39,568 nt of DNA from an uncultured Candidatus Saccharibacteria bacterium (GCA_964435455.1 CAYSYH010000004.1:1-39568); one strand, 5' to 3'. Numbered from the stretch's first letter, positions 10,005 through 19,314 are shown. The notes: a model not told the origin generated them from the sequence alone. Numbers and translations: made by a program.

Positions 10005-10082
10005 TTATTCTCCTTCTGTGTTCCCTTTTTTTCCGCCAAATAGCCCTCTAACGAAGGAGAGTACTTTTTGTAATAAGTTCAT
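10005..10082 (-). CDS. Small amphipathic peptide, 25 aa (MNLLQKVLSFVRGLFGGKKGNTEGE)
   Basis: Hand-translated, ATG at 10082 to TAA at 10005; TATAAT ends 6 nt before the ATG; terminator hairpin just downstream; locally GC-richer than its flanks. Confidence 0.6.
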   Translation of the reverse strand: MNLLQKVLSFVRGLFGGKKGNTEGE

Positions 10083-10144
10083 ATTAAAATTATACATAAA
10101 TAAAGATTAATAATCTATAATTTACTCTATGCTATAATTTATTT

Positions 10145-11527
10145 ATGCAAAAAGTTTCTTCTATATTTAAAACTTTTGATATTAGGGGACTATATAAAAA
10201 AGAAATAAATTCAAATGTAATAACTAAAATAGCATATTCCTATGTTACAGAATTTAAACCCTCAAAAGTGGTTTTAGGCTTTGATGCGCGCGAAGGTTCT
10301 ATACATCTTGCTTCTATATTTAAAAAAAATTTATTAGATTTAGGCGTAGATGTTGTGAATGTGGGAATGGTGTCAACCCCTCGCCTCTATTATTCTTCTT
10401 TCAAATGTAATATACCTTTTGGTGTAATGTTTACAGCTTCTCATGAACCCAAAGAATATGTTGGCTTAAAATTTACTATAAAGGGTCTTCCTCCTTCTAA
10501 GGACAAGTTATTAAGTTTAAAAAAAAGATTTTTATCTCTTGATAAATTTAACTTCTTTAGTACTAGTAGTAAAAGGGGTAAATATGAATTTTTAGATATA
10601 TCTAAAGATTATGTTAACGATGTTTTAAGCTTTGATAATTATTCCTTTAAACCTTTTAATATTGTTGTAGATTGTGGGAACAGTGTAAATTCTGATATTG
10701 TACATAAAATATTTAATTCTGGTTTAAGCTTAAACTCTACCTATATTCTTTATGATACAGTAGATTCTTCTTTTCCCTCCCATGGATTAAATCCAAAAGA
10801 GCTAAAAAATCAAAAGCCTTTAGCTAGAGCTATCAAAAAGTATAAAGCAGATTTAGGTATACTTTGGGATGGTGACGCTGACAGAGTTTATTTTTTAGAC
10901 TCTTTTGGTAATGCAATACCTCCACAATTTGTTGCGGCTATAGTAGGTTCTTATATGGTTTTAAATGATAAAAATAGAAAAAAAGTAGTTGTTGATATAA
11001 GAACTGGCTCGATAGTAAAAGATTTGGTAGAAAAAAGCGGGGGAGTTGTTAAAGTTGTTAAAGCTTGGCATACAGAACTAAAATATGCTATGCAAAAAGA
11101 CTCATCTATTATCTTTGGTAGCGAAACTTCTGGGCATTATGTGTTTAGAGATTTTTATAAAATAGATGATGGTTTACTTATGTCTTTAATGTTTTTACAA
11201 GCTGTCTCTCAAAACAGAAAAACTTTAAAAAATTTATTATCTTTTCTTTATAAAAGGTATTTTGTTCCCGAAGAGGCTAACTTTATAGTGCCTAATACTC
11301 AAAAATTACTTGATTTGGTATTAAATAAATATAAATCCTTAGGTTCAGTTATTTTGCTTGATGGAGTTTCTATAAAATCTTCAGATTGGTATTTTAATTT
11401 AAGGCCTTCAAAAACAGAACCTTTGTTACGTTTAAATTTTAGTGGTACTTCCACTTATAAAGTAAAAGAATTTTATGACGATTTATTAAATTTTATAACT
11501 TTTTGCGGAGGATCTCTGGTTAGCTAA
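10145..11527 (+). CDS. Phosphomannomutase/phosphoglucomutase (alpha-D-phosphohexomutase)
   Basis: IFKTFDIRG, TASHEP (canonical TASHNP), DGDADR, FGSETSGH, LRPSKTEP. Confidence 0.9.
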   Translation: MQKVSSIFKTFDIRGLYKKEINSNVITKIAYSYVTEFKPSKVVLGFDAREGSIHLASIFKKNLLDLGVDVVNVGMVSTPRLYYSSFKCNIPFGVMFTASHEPKEYVGLKFTIKGLPPSKDKLLSLKKRFLSLDKFNFFSTSSKRGKYEFLDISKDYVNDVLSFDNYSFKPFNIVVDCGNSVNSDIVHKIFNSGLSLNSTYILYDTVDSSFPSHGLNPKELKNQKPLARAIKKYKADLGILWDGDADRVYFLDSFGNAIPPQFVAAIVGSYMVLNDKNRKKVVVDIRTGSIVKDLVEKSGGVVKVVKAWHTELKYAMQKDSSIIFGSETSGHYVFRDFYKIDDGLLMSLMFLQAVSQNRKTLKNLLSFLYKRYFVPEEANFIVPNTQKLLDLVLNKYKSLGSVILLDGVSIKSSDWYFNLRPSKTEPLLRLNFSGTSTYKVKEFYDDLLNFITFCGGSLVS

Positions 11528-11539
11528 AAGTAAATAAAT

Positions 11540-12208
11540 ATGTTTCCCCTTTATGATATTGCACCAACCAAAAAAACTCCTTTGATTAATTATTTATTAA
11601 TAATTTTTACATCTTTGGTTTTTTTAGTTGAGTTAACAGTTTCTAATATAGATTCTTTTGTTTATAAATGGGCGTTGGTTCCTTCAAATATAAATTTCTC
11701 TAACCTTCGTACTTTATACCCTTTTATAACATCTATTTTTTTACATGGAAGCTTTTTCCATATTTTTTCTAACCTTTGGTTTTTACGAATATTTGGGGAT
11801 AATGTAGAAGATGATTTAGGACATATTCAATATTTTTTGTTTTATATATTTGGAGGTATTTTTGCAGCTCTAACGCAATATATTATAATTCCTCATTCAA
11901 CTATTCCTTTTTTAGGAGCCAGTGGAGCTATATCCGCTGTTTTGGGTTATTATTTTGTTAGATTTCCTTCTCATTATGTAAAAACCGTTGTTCCCTTATT
12001 TCCTCTATTTTTTACTGTAGATTTACCTGCATATATACTTTTATTTTACTGGTTTATTACTCAGTTTTTTAATGGTACTTCTTCTCTAATTCATTTTACA
12101 AATACTCAAAGTAGTGGGGGAATAGCTTGGTGGGCTCATATAGGCGGTTTTGCTTTTGGTTATTTATATGGGTTATTTAATAAAAAGTTAAAAGGCTCTT
12201 TTAACTAA
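11540..12208 (+). CDS. Rhomboid family intramembrane serine protease
   Basis: FLHGSFFHIFSNLWFL.IFGDNVED, GASGAI, AWWAHIGG. Confidence 0.93.
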   Translation: MFPLYDIAPTKKTPLINYLLIIFTSLVFLVELTVSNIDSFVYKWALVPSNINFSNLRTLYPFITSIFLHGSFFHIFSNLWFLRIFGDNVEDDLGHIQYFLFYIFGGIFAALTQYIIIPHSTIPFLGASGAISAVLGYYFVRFPSHYVKTVVPLFPLFFTVDLPAYILLFYWFITQFFNGTSSLIHFTNTQSSGGIAWWAHIGGFAFGYLYGLFNKKLKGSFN

Positions 12209-12255
12209 TGTAATTTTACAGTATACTTACTTTATACTAATTTAAATTAAATATA

Positions 12256-12960
12256 ATGGAAAATAGAAAACCAGCTAACAAAAAAAGAAATTCAACTTCT
12301 AAATCCTTAAATAAAAAGCCTTCTAAATCTAAAAATACTATAAGGGTAGAAAAAATGTCTTATTTAAGCAAATCAAAAGTTGTTTACCTAGTTTTTTCTT
12401 TATTTATTATTTTGTTAGTTACAGTTGCTTTTATAAGAAGAGATCTTTTTATTGTTGCTACTGTTGATGGTAAACCCATAACCAGATTAAATTTAATCAA
12501 AGAATTAGAAAATAGAGCAGGGGGGCAAGTTTTGGATGAACTTATACTAAAAAAGACTATTGAATCTGAGGCTTCTAAATCTGGTGTAACTGTTAGCGAA
12601 AAAGATATAGATGAGGAAATAAAAAAAATAGAGCAAGATGTTAAAAAACAAGGTGGTACTTTAGATCAAATGTTGTCTTTGCAAGGTATTACTAAAAAAG
12701 TTCTTAGAGAAAATTTAAGATTTAGACTTTTATTATTAAAAATTATGGGTGATAAAGTAAAAGTGACTGATGAAGAGGTTAATAATTATATTGAACAAAA
12801 TAAAGAGTCTTTACCCAAAGGTAAAAGTGATGATGAATTAAAATCTTACGTTAAAGATCTTTTACAACAACAAAAATATTCTAGTCAGATAAACTCGTTT
12901 TTAGAGGACCTTAAATCAAAGCATTCCATCAGTAATTATTATAATAGATCAAAAAAATAA
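12256..12960 (+). CDS. SurA/PrsA N-terminal-domain foldase-like protein, membrane-anchored, no parvulin domain
   Basis: TM helix then VATVDGKPIT, GVTVSEKDIDEEI, VTDEEV..Y..N. Confidence 0.75.
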   Translation: MENRKPANKKRNSTSKSLNKKPSKSKNTIRVEKMSYLSKSKVVYLVFSLFIILLVTVAFIRRDLFIVATVDGKPITRLNLIKELENRAGGQVLDELILKKTIESEASKSGVTVSEKDIDEEIKKIEQDVKKQGGTLDQMLSLQGITKKVLRENLRFRLLLLKIMGDKVKVTDEEVNNYIEQNKESLPKGKSDDELKSYVKDLLQQQKYSSQINSFLEDLKSKHSISNYYNRSKK

Positions 12961-12984
12961 AAAATATGAATCATACTTTTTTAT

Positions 12985-14022
12985 ATGGGTAGTATTTCTC
13001 CCCTAGTTTTTGTTTTTTTATTTATTTTAATTCTTCTATCGGGAATTTTTTCGGGTGCAGAAATAGCTTTTTTTTCCATTAGTAAAGCAAGTTTATATAC
13101 TCTGGTAAGAAAAAAACATAGAGGATCAAATAAACTTTTACAAATAAAAAATAATCCGGATAGACTACTTATAACAATACTTATTGGTAATAATATTGTT
13201 AACATAGCTTCTTCTTCTTTAGCTACATATATTGCAACTTCTGTTTTTGGAAGTTTGGGTATTGGTTTAGCTACAGGAATAATGACTTTATTAATATTGA
13301 CTTTTGGAGAGGTATTGCCTAAATCTTTGGCTAGTAGGTATTCACACTCTATTGCTTTATTACTTGCTCCCATTTTTTATTATTTGCAAATATTATTTTA
13401 TCCTTTTAGTTTTTTGTTTGAACTACTTTTAAAATTTCTAAATAGGCTTTTTTTAAAAAAGCCCGCTATTAAAGATTTATACTACAAAGAGGACATAAAA
13501 TCTTTAGCACATTTAGCTTATCAGGAGGGTTTTCTGGTAAAAAACGAGCATAAAATCTTAAAAAATCTTTTAAAATTTAATAAACATACAATAAAAGATA
13601 TTGTTGTTCCCTTAAAGCACGTACATTATTTTAATAGCGAAAAAACTTTGGAAGATTATAAAAATTATGTTAAAAAAAGTCCTTATTCTAGGATACCTGT
13701 ACTAAGTAATCATTTAAATATTGTAGGTATTTTGTATTTGCGTGATTTGATTTTTATACCTAAAAAAAATTGGGGGAAAATTAAAGTAAAAAAAGTATGT
13801 AAACCGGCTGTTTCTGTAGATTTGATGCATAATTTAAATTATATGTTGAATATTTTTAAAAAAACTAGGACACATATGGCTATTGTAATGAAAAATAAAA
13901 AAGTTTATGGTATAGTTACTTTAGAAGATGTATTAGAACGTTTAGTTGGTGATATACAGGATGAAACCGATTTGCCCTTGTATCATTCAAAACTTTTAAT
14001 TAAAGAAACAAGAAATCCTTAG
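12985..14022 (+). CDS. CNNM/CorC (DUF21 + CBS) Mg2+ efflux-type membrane protein
   Basis: FSGAEIAF, TILIGNNIVN, FGEVLPKS, YSRIPV, GIVTLEDVLE. Confidence 0.9.
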   Translation: MGSISPLVFVFLFILILLSGIFSGAEIAFFSISKASLYTLVRKKHRGSNKLLQIKNNPDRLLITILIGNNIVNIASSSLATYIATSVFGSLGIGLATGIMTLLILTFGEVLPKSLASRYSHSIALLLAPIFYYLQILFYPFSFLFELLLKFLNRLFLKKPAIKDLYYKEDIKSLAHLAYQEGFLVKNEHKILKNLLKFNKHTIKDIVVPLKHVHYFNSEKTLEDYKNYVKKSPYSRIPVLSNHLNIVGILYLRDLIFIPKKNWGKIKVKKVCKPAVSVDLMHNLNYMLNIFKKTRTHMAIVMKNKKVYGIVTLEDVLERLVGDIQDETDLPLYHSKLLIKETRNP

Positions 14023-14029
14023 GTAAAAT

Positions 14030-14269
14030 ATGAAAAAAAGTATTAAAAATTTAGAACTTTTAGCTAGGCGACGTACAGAGCTTGCTATAGAAAGAACTTA
14101 TTTATCATATCTTCGTACTGCTTCGGCTTCTGCTATTTTTGGATTTGGCATATTTAAACTATTTAAAGGACCTAGTTCTTTAATAGCCGCCTTTATTTTT
14201 GTATTTTTTTCTTTAGTTATTGTATTGATAGGGACTTATAAATTTTTACAAAGGAAAAAAGGCAAATAA
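14030..14269 (+). CDS. DUF202 (YidH-like) small membrane protein
   Basis: RTELAIERTYLSYLRT followed by two TM helices. Confidence 0.85.
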   Translation: MKKSIKNLELLARRRTELAIERTYLSYLRTASASAIFGFGIFKLFKGPSSLIAAFIFVFFSLVIVLIGTYKFLQRKKGK

Positions 14270-14317
14270 TTATTTTTATTATTTGTAATTTAATTTTTTA
14301 TTTTAAAAAAGGTTACT

Positions 14318-14860
14318 ATGGCTAAATTATTTTATACAGAGCAACGAGTTGGGGTTTTTGTAGATGTTCAAAATATGTATTATTCTTGTAAAAATTTGTA
14401 TAATGCTAATTTAAATTTTGGGAATGTATTAAAATATGCTGTTAAAAAACGTAACTTAATTAGGGCTTTTGCTTATGTAATTAAAGCCGATGTTGGAAAG
14501 GAACAGGATTTTTTTGATGCCTTAACTTTGCAAGGTTACGAAGTCCGTTCTAAAGATTTACAAATATTTGTAGGTGGACAAAAAAAGGGTGATTGGGATG
14601 TAGGTTTAACTATAGACGCAGTTACCGTTGCAAAAAAAATAGATGTTGCTGTTTTGGTTACGGGAGATGGTGACTTTGTTCCTTTAGTAAGATATTTGCA
14701 AAATAATCAGGGTTGTAGGGTAGAATTAATGTCTTTTAGAAAAACTACTAGCAATGCTTTAATTGATTCTGTAGATAGTTTTTTTGATTTGGGAGAACAT
14801 AAAAGAGAGTTTTTGGTAAAAGCTAAAAGAAAAAATAAATTTTCAAGTAAAAGATCCTAA
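14318..14860 (+). CDS. NYN domain (LabA/DUF88) PIN-like protein
   Basis: VFVDVQN, KGDWDVGL.ID, TGDGDF. Confidence 0.9.
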   Translation: MAKLFYTEQRVGVFVDVQNMYYSCKNLYNANLNFGNVLKYAVKKRNLIRAFAYVIKADVGKEQDFFDALTLQGYEVRSKDLQIFVGGQKKGDWDVGLTIDAVTVAKKIDVAVLVTGDGDFVPLVRYLQNNQGCRVELMSFRKTTSNALIDSVDSFFDLGEHKREFLVKAKRKNKFSSKRS

Positions 14861-16602
14861 TGGTTTTATTTAGATTAAAGCGTTTTTACCTTTTCTATAC
14901 CCTTTCTATTTTTTTGCTTTCTTTAAGTGTGTTTAATTTATATTTTTATAATAAAGTTTTACCAGGGGTTTATTTGGGTGACGATTCTGTAAGTTACTTA
15001 AATAAAGAACAATTCTTAAAGAAATATGCTTATCTAAAAAATGAAAATAATATAAAAGTTCTCTTAAATACTGGAGATTTTTTTGAATTACCTTTAACTC
15101 AAGTTGATTTTTCTTATGATCTAGACTCTACGTATCAGCAAATTTTTTTAGTAGGTCGAGATTCTTTTTTTTCGCCTTATATTCACTATGTAAACTTTAT
15201 TTTAGGTAATACTGTCCATAAATACTTTATTTACTCTTATAATGAGGACACCTTAAATGTACTTATTTCTTCTATTTCTGCAAAGTACTATCCCGAAGTA
15301 GGAAATGCTTATTTTTATATAGATAAACAAGGGTCTTTAAATATAAAAGATGCTTCTTTTGGGAAAGATTTAGATGCTTCTTATTTTAGAGAATCTTTAA
15401 TTAATGCTTTTAAAAATGGTTCCACAAAAATAGAGCTAACTTTAAAAGATTTTAAACCTAGTATTTATGCTTCTGATTTAGTTTCTTTAAAACCTAAATT
15501 AGAAAAAATTTTAAATATTCCTTTTAAAATTTCTTTTGAAAATAGTTTATATGAGTTACCCAACGATAGGTTTTTAAAACTTTTGGATTTTTCTAAAAAT
15601 GAATCAGGCGATTTACATATAGTTTTAAATAAAGAAGAATTACAGAATTTAACTGTAGAGCTCTCAAATAAATATAATGTTACACCAAGAGGTACTTTAT
15701 TAAAAATTAATGGGGATACTATAGATTTTAAGCCCCCTTTGCAAGGAATATCGGTATTACAAGATGAATTATATAATAATTTAAAATCCTCTATTTTAAA
15801 AGCTTTAGATGCAACTTCTTCAGAAATTATTGTTCAAGTTCCTTTTACTAGAATTAACCCCCCTAAAACGCAAAATGATTATGGTATTACAGAGCTAATA
15901 GCAGAGGGTGTGTCTTATTTTAAGGGATCTTCCTATAATAGGGTGCGTAATATAGTAACTGCTAGTTCAAAAATAAAAGGTACTTTAGTAGCTCCTGGGG
16001 AAGAATTTAGTTTTAATAAAGCGGTTGGACCAATAACTTTAGACGCTGGTTTTAATCAAGCTTATATTATCTCTAAAGGGAGAACAACTTTAGGTACTGG
16101 TGGGGGGGTATGCCAGGTTTCTACGACTGTTTTTAGGGCTGCCTTAAATGCAGGGTTGCCTATTGTAAAAAGAACATCACATGCTTATAGAGTAAGTTAT
16201 TATGAACAAAAAGCTCCTATTGGGCTAGATGCTACTATTTATCAACCTAGTGTTGATTTTGTTTTTAAAAATGATACTAAAAATTATATTTTGGTTTATA
16301 CTGAGCTTGATGAAAGGGAAAGCCGTCTTTCTGTAAAAATATATGGTACTAAAGATGGTCGAACTGTCACTATTACAAAACCTTCTTATAAAAATCCAAT
16401 ACCGCCACCTCCAGCAAGATATATAGATGATCCTACTCTACCTAAAGGAAGTTTAGTTCAATTAGAGTACCCTGCTTGGGGGGGATTAGTTACATATACA
16501 CGTATAGTTAAGGATAAAGATGGTAATGTTATGTATAAAGATGATTTCAAGAATTATTATACTCCTTGGCCTGCTGTGTATAAAAGGGGTATAAAGGAAT
16601 AA
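14860..16602 (+). CDS. VanW family protein with PG-binding repeats and a G5-like C-terminus
   Basis: NR..NI, PGEEFSFN, GGGVCQVSTTVF.A, DATI, F.NDT; N-terminal TM. Confidence 0.88.
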   Translation: MVLFRLKRFYLFYTLSIFLLSLSVFNLYFYNKVLPGVYLGDDSVSYLNKEQFLKKYAYLKNENNIKVLLNTGDFFELPLTQVDFSYDLDSTYQQIFLVGRDSFFSPYIHYVNFILGNTVHKYFIYSYNEDTLNVLISSISAKYYPEVGNAYFYIDKQGSLNIKDASFGKDLDASYFRESLINAFKNGSTKIELTLKDFKPSIYASDLVSLKPKLEKILNIPFKISFENSLYELPNDRFLKLLDFSKNESGDLHIVLNKEELQNLTVELSNKYNVTPRGTLLKINGDTIDFKPPLQGISVLQDELYNNLKSSILKALDATSSEIIVQVPFTRINPPKTQNDYGITELIAEGVSYFKGSSYNRVRNIVTASSKIKGTLVAPGEEFSFNKAVGPITLDAGFNQAYIISKGRTTLGTGGGVCQVSTTVFRAALNAGLPIVKRTSHAYRVSYYEQKAPIGLDATIYQPSVDFVFKNDTKNYILVYTELDERESRLSVKIYGTKDGRTVTITKPSYKNPIPPPPARYIDDPTLPKGSLVQLEYPAWGGLVTYTRIVKDKDGNVMYKDDFKNYYTPWPAVYKRGIKE

Positions 16603-16609
16603 TATAATA

Positions 16610-17017
16610 TTATTGATTTTTTATTTTAACTTTTACTATTGTTTCTTTTGTATTTTTGTTATTAGAATTTTCTATATAAAACCTCAATATTTTGTTTTGT
16701 TTTTTGTACGAATTTTGGTTTTGCATTTTCCACCCTGAAAGTTTTGCGTAATTATTATAAAATTTTTTAATTTGGTTAACACTTAATTTTGTTGTATATA
16801 CAACCTTAGGCTCTCCATTATTGGGTGAATCTTCTGAAACTTTTTTGGCCTCTATGGGTATGGGTATTTTTTCTTGGTTGTATATTCCACGGACTTTTTT
16901 TGAGTTTCCTTTTTTTATTAAAATTTGTGTTGATATTATTAAAGTAATTAGTGATATACTTAAAAAAATATATACCCATACATTTTTTACTTTAGTATTT
17001 TTTATTTTTTTACTCAT
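16610..17017 (-). CDS. Hypothetical single-TM protein
   Basis: N-terminal TM; FY......GW motif; TGtTATAAT 8 nt upstream. Confidence 0.65.
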   Translation of the reverse strand: MSKKIKNTKVKNVWVYIFLSISLITLIISTQILIKKGNSKKVRGIYNQEKIPIPIEAKKVSEDSPNNGEPKVVYTTKLSVNQIKKFYNNYAKLSGWKMQNQNSYKKQNKILRFYIENSNNKNTKETIVKVKIKNQ

Positions 17018-17026
17018 ACAAGTTTA

Positions 17027-18268
17027 TTATAACAATATTTTAGCCAACCATAGAAAAATAAAAAAACCTAATATATCTGTTGCAGTTGTAATAAAAATTG
17101 TGGCAGATGTTGCAGGATCCTTACCCATTTTTTTAAGTATTAAGGGTATGCTTGCTCCAAATATTCCTGCATTTACCATATTTATAACCATAGCTAAAAA
17201 AATTATAATTCCAAAAATAACGTTATAATTAAATATTAATGCTACTGCCGTTGCAATTGTTCCTACCAAAGCTCCGTTTAATAACCCAGCTGTTCCCTCG
17301 TTTTTTATAATTTCCCACGCATTGGTTTTATTAATTTCATTTAAGGCTAGCCCTCTTATTGTTACTGCCAAGGTTTGCGTTCCTGCATTACCTCCCATGC
17401 TTGTTACAACGGGCATATATGCTGCTAAATATATAAAGTTAGATATAGTGTCCTCAAAAAAACTTATTACTAAAGTTGCTAAAAATGCTGTAAAAAGATT
17501 AATTATTAACCACGGATATCTATTTTCTACCTTTTTATTTATTGGGTCAAAAATGTCTTCTTCTGGGTGTACCCCTGCAAATTTATATAAGGATTTTCCT
17601 GTTTGTTTAGTTAAAAATTCTAATATATCGTCTGAATTTAATATGCCCAATACTTGATTATTATTCCCAATTACAGCTATTTTTTTATGTTTATGTTTTT
17701 TAATTAACTTAAGCAAATCCTTTTTTTTTGCAGAATGTTTAATTAATGCGATTTTTTTAATATGCTTATTAACAATATCTCCTTTTTTTAGTATTGGCAA
17801 TAAATAAGCAGGTAATTCACCAAGCAGCTTGTTTTCTTTTGCAACTAATATTATGGGAAATTTGCCTGTTCTTTTTTCATGTTTTAAAGTTAGTTTATGT
17901 ATATCTTCTATTTTTGTATTTTTGTCTACTAAAATATAATTTAAATCCATTAAACCTCCTACTGTATTTGGATTAAATTTAGATAAAAATACAACATCCT
18001 CTTTAAGTTTTTTATTTAAGTTTTTTATTATTGTTTTTTGTTTTTTTTGAGGTAATTTTTGTATTAAGTCAGTAGCTGTATCTGGGTCCATATATTCTAA
18101 AATATCTATAAGCTTATCTGTTGAAATATTTTGCATGACTAATTTTTTATAATAATTAGATAAATCTAACAATAAGGTGGCTTGTTGTTTGGGGCTTAGG
18201 GAGTTAAAAAACAGCAATCTGTCTTTAACATTAACGAATTTGTTTATTAGCTTATTACTTTTTAACAT
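17027..18268 (-). CDS. mgtE: Magnesium transporter MgtE
   Basis: MDPD.ATD, CBS pair, R.PWL..NL, MGGNAGTQT, DPA.SA..FITT.TD. Confidence 0.93.
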   Translation of the reverse strand: MLKSNKLINKFVNVKDRLLFFNSLSPKQQATLLLDLSNYYKKLVMQNISTDKLIDILEYMDPDTATDLIQKLPQKKQKTIIKNLNKKLKEDVVFLSKFNPNTVGGLMDLNYILVDKNTKIEDIHKLTLKHEKRTGKFPIILVAKENKLLGELPAYLLPILKKGDIVNKHIKKIALIKHSAKKKDLLKLIKKHKHKKIAVIGNNNQVLGILNSDDILEFLTKQTGKSLYKFAGVHPEEDIFDPINKKVENRYPWLIINLFTAFLATLVISFFEDTISNFIYLAAYMPVVTSMGGNAGTQTLAVTIRGLALNEINKTNAWEIIKNEGTAGLLNGALVGTIATAVALIFNYNVIFGIIIFLAMVINMVNAGIFGASIPLILKKMGKDPATSATIFITTATDILGFFIFLWLAKILL

Positions 18269-18271
18269 AAA

Positions 18272-18310
18272 GGCAGTATTTAAATAATAAACTATTATTT
18301 AAATGTTGTC
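18272..18310. repeat. Long inverted repeat immediately upstream of the mgtE start codon
   Basis: ATTTAAATAATA-AAC-TATTATTTAAAT is a perfect 12-3-12 repeat, extendable to 18 bp with three G-T pairs. Confidence 0.7.
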
Positions 18311-18362
18311 ATTTAAGTTTATAGATATTAATTTTATTTTTTACTATAATTATGCTAATAAT

Positions 18363-18437
18363 GGCCCTATCGTCTAGTGGTTAGGACGCCAGGTTCTCAT
18401 CCTGGTAACCCGGGTTCGAATCCCGGTAGGGTCACCA
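18363..18437 (+). tRNA. tRNA-Glu (anticodon CTC)
   Basis: Acceptor GGCCCTA/TAGGGTC, D-arm GTC-TAGTGGTTAG-GAC, anticodon arm CCAGG-TTCTCAT-CCTGG, T-arm CCGGG-TTCGAAT-CCCGG, encoded CCA. Confidence 0.97.
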
Positions 18438-18440
18438 AAA

Positions 18441-18740
18441 GGGAATAGCTTAAGAATTGGTTAGTAATCAAGCATCTTTAACCTTGCTGTAATTGCCTTA
18501 ATGTAAATTTTAAACACTTCTAGATATATTTAAAACTTTCGAGAGGAAAATTTGCAGAAGTGATGGGTGAAAGTTATTATCAACATGTATGTGGTTAAGA
18601 CTAATACTCCTAGTAATGGCTGGGGAAAGAGAACCAAAATAAGTCTTAGTTAAAACCGGTTAAAAATAGTCTGTGTGAAAGATAAATCAGTACTCGCTTA
18701 CCTTTTTAGATTTTAAACAGAACAGATTAGAATTTTTTAT
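18441..18740 (+). ncRNA. Candidate structured RNA (divergent RNase P RNA-like; alternatively group I intron-like)
   Basis: Non-coding, purine-rich, GC above its flanks; several helices; ordered motifs GAGGAAA, GGAAAG, GTGAAA, AGATAAAT, ACAGAA; identity not established. Confidence 0.35.
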
Positions 18741-18822
18741 ATTTTTTACTCTAACTGTAAAAGGTTCTTTAATTATTTAAAACATAGTTTTTTATAATAT
18801 CAGTGTGTTAAAATTATGAGGT

Positions 18823-19314
18823 ATGTTTATTTTTAGACGTTATTTACCCCAAGTCGTTTATGGAGGTATTGATGGTATTGTTACTACATTTGCGGTTGTT
18901 AGTGGTTCTGCAGGGGCTTCTTTATCTTCTAAAGTAATATTAATATTAGGTTTTGCTAATCTTTTTGCGGATGGATTTTCTATGAGTATAGGGGCTTATA
19001 TGGCCGAAAAATCAGATATTAGAAAGGGTAATAATCCTCTACTTGTAGGATTAATCACTTTTATAAGCTTTTTTGTTATAGGGTTTATTCCTTTAACTGT
19101 TTATGTCTTAAAATTTTTTTTAAATTTTAATACAAAACATGATTTTTTAATTTCTTCTTTGGCTACAGCTTTTGGTTTTATCTTTATTGGGTTTGCCCGT
19201 AAAAAAGTGGAACATAACAACAAATATGTTATTTTACATACCCTCCTTTTAGGAATAATAGCTGCTGTAGTTGCCTATGTGGTAGGAGAGTTGCTTAATT
19301 CTTGGTTATCGTAA
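18823..19314 (+). CDS. VIT1/CCC1 family Fe/Mn transporter
   Basis: VYGGIDGIVTTFAVVSG and GFANLFADGFSM. Confidence 0.9.
   Translation: MFIFRRYLPQVVYGGIDGIVTTFAVVSGSAGASLSSKVILILGFANLFADGFSMSIGAYMAEKSDIRKGNNPLLVGLITFISFFVIGFIPLTVYVLKFFLNFNTKHDFLISSLATAFGFIFIGFARKKVEHNNKYVILHTLLLGIIAAVVAYVVGELLNSWLS

Noticed and set aside
14318-14860. NYN/PIN protein as a toxin or defence system
   Set aside because: It is a typical stand-alone LabA/DUF88 gene, with no antitoxin or defence neighbours.
18651-18716. tmRNA-like resume context (AAAAATAGTC followed by a short frame CVKDKSVLAYLFRF)
   Set aside because: No tRNA-Ala-like ends (G3-U70, T-arm, CCA), an atypical resume codon and no Ala-rich tag end.
18441-18770. 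Intron-split tRNA-Asn/Asp reading (TAGCTTAA...TGGTTAG...AAGC, CTGT|...G|TAA, AACCTT/AAGGTT)
   Set aside because: The D-loop is oversized, the anticodon loop would be 8 nt, there is no T-arm or acceptor 3' strand, and P1 is unconvincing. At most a relic.
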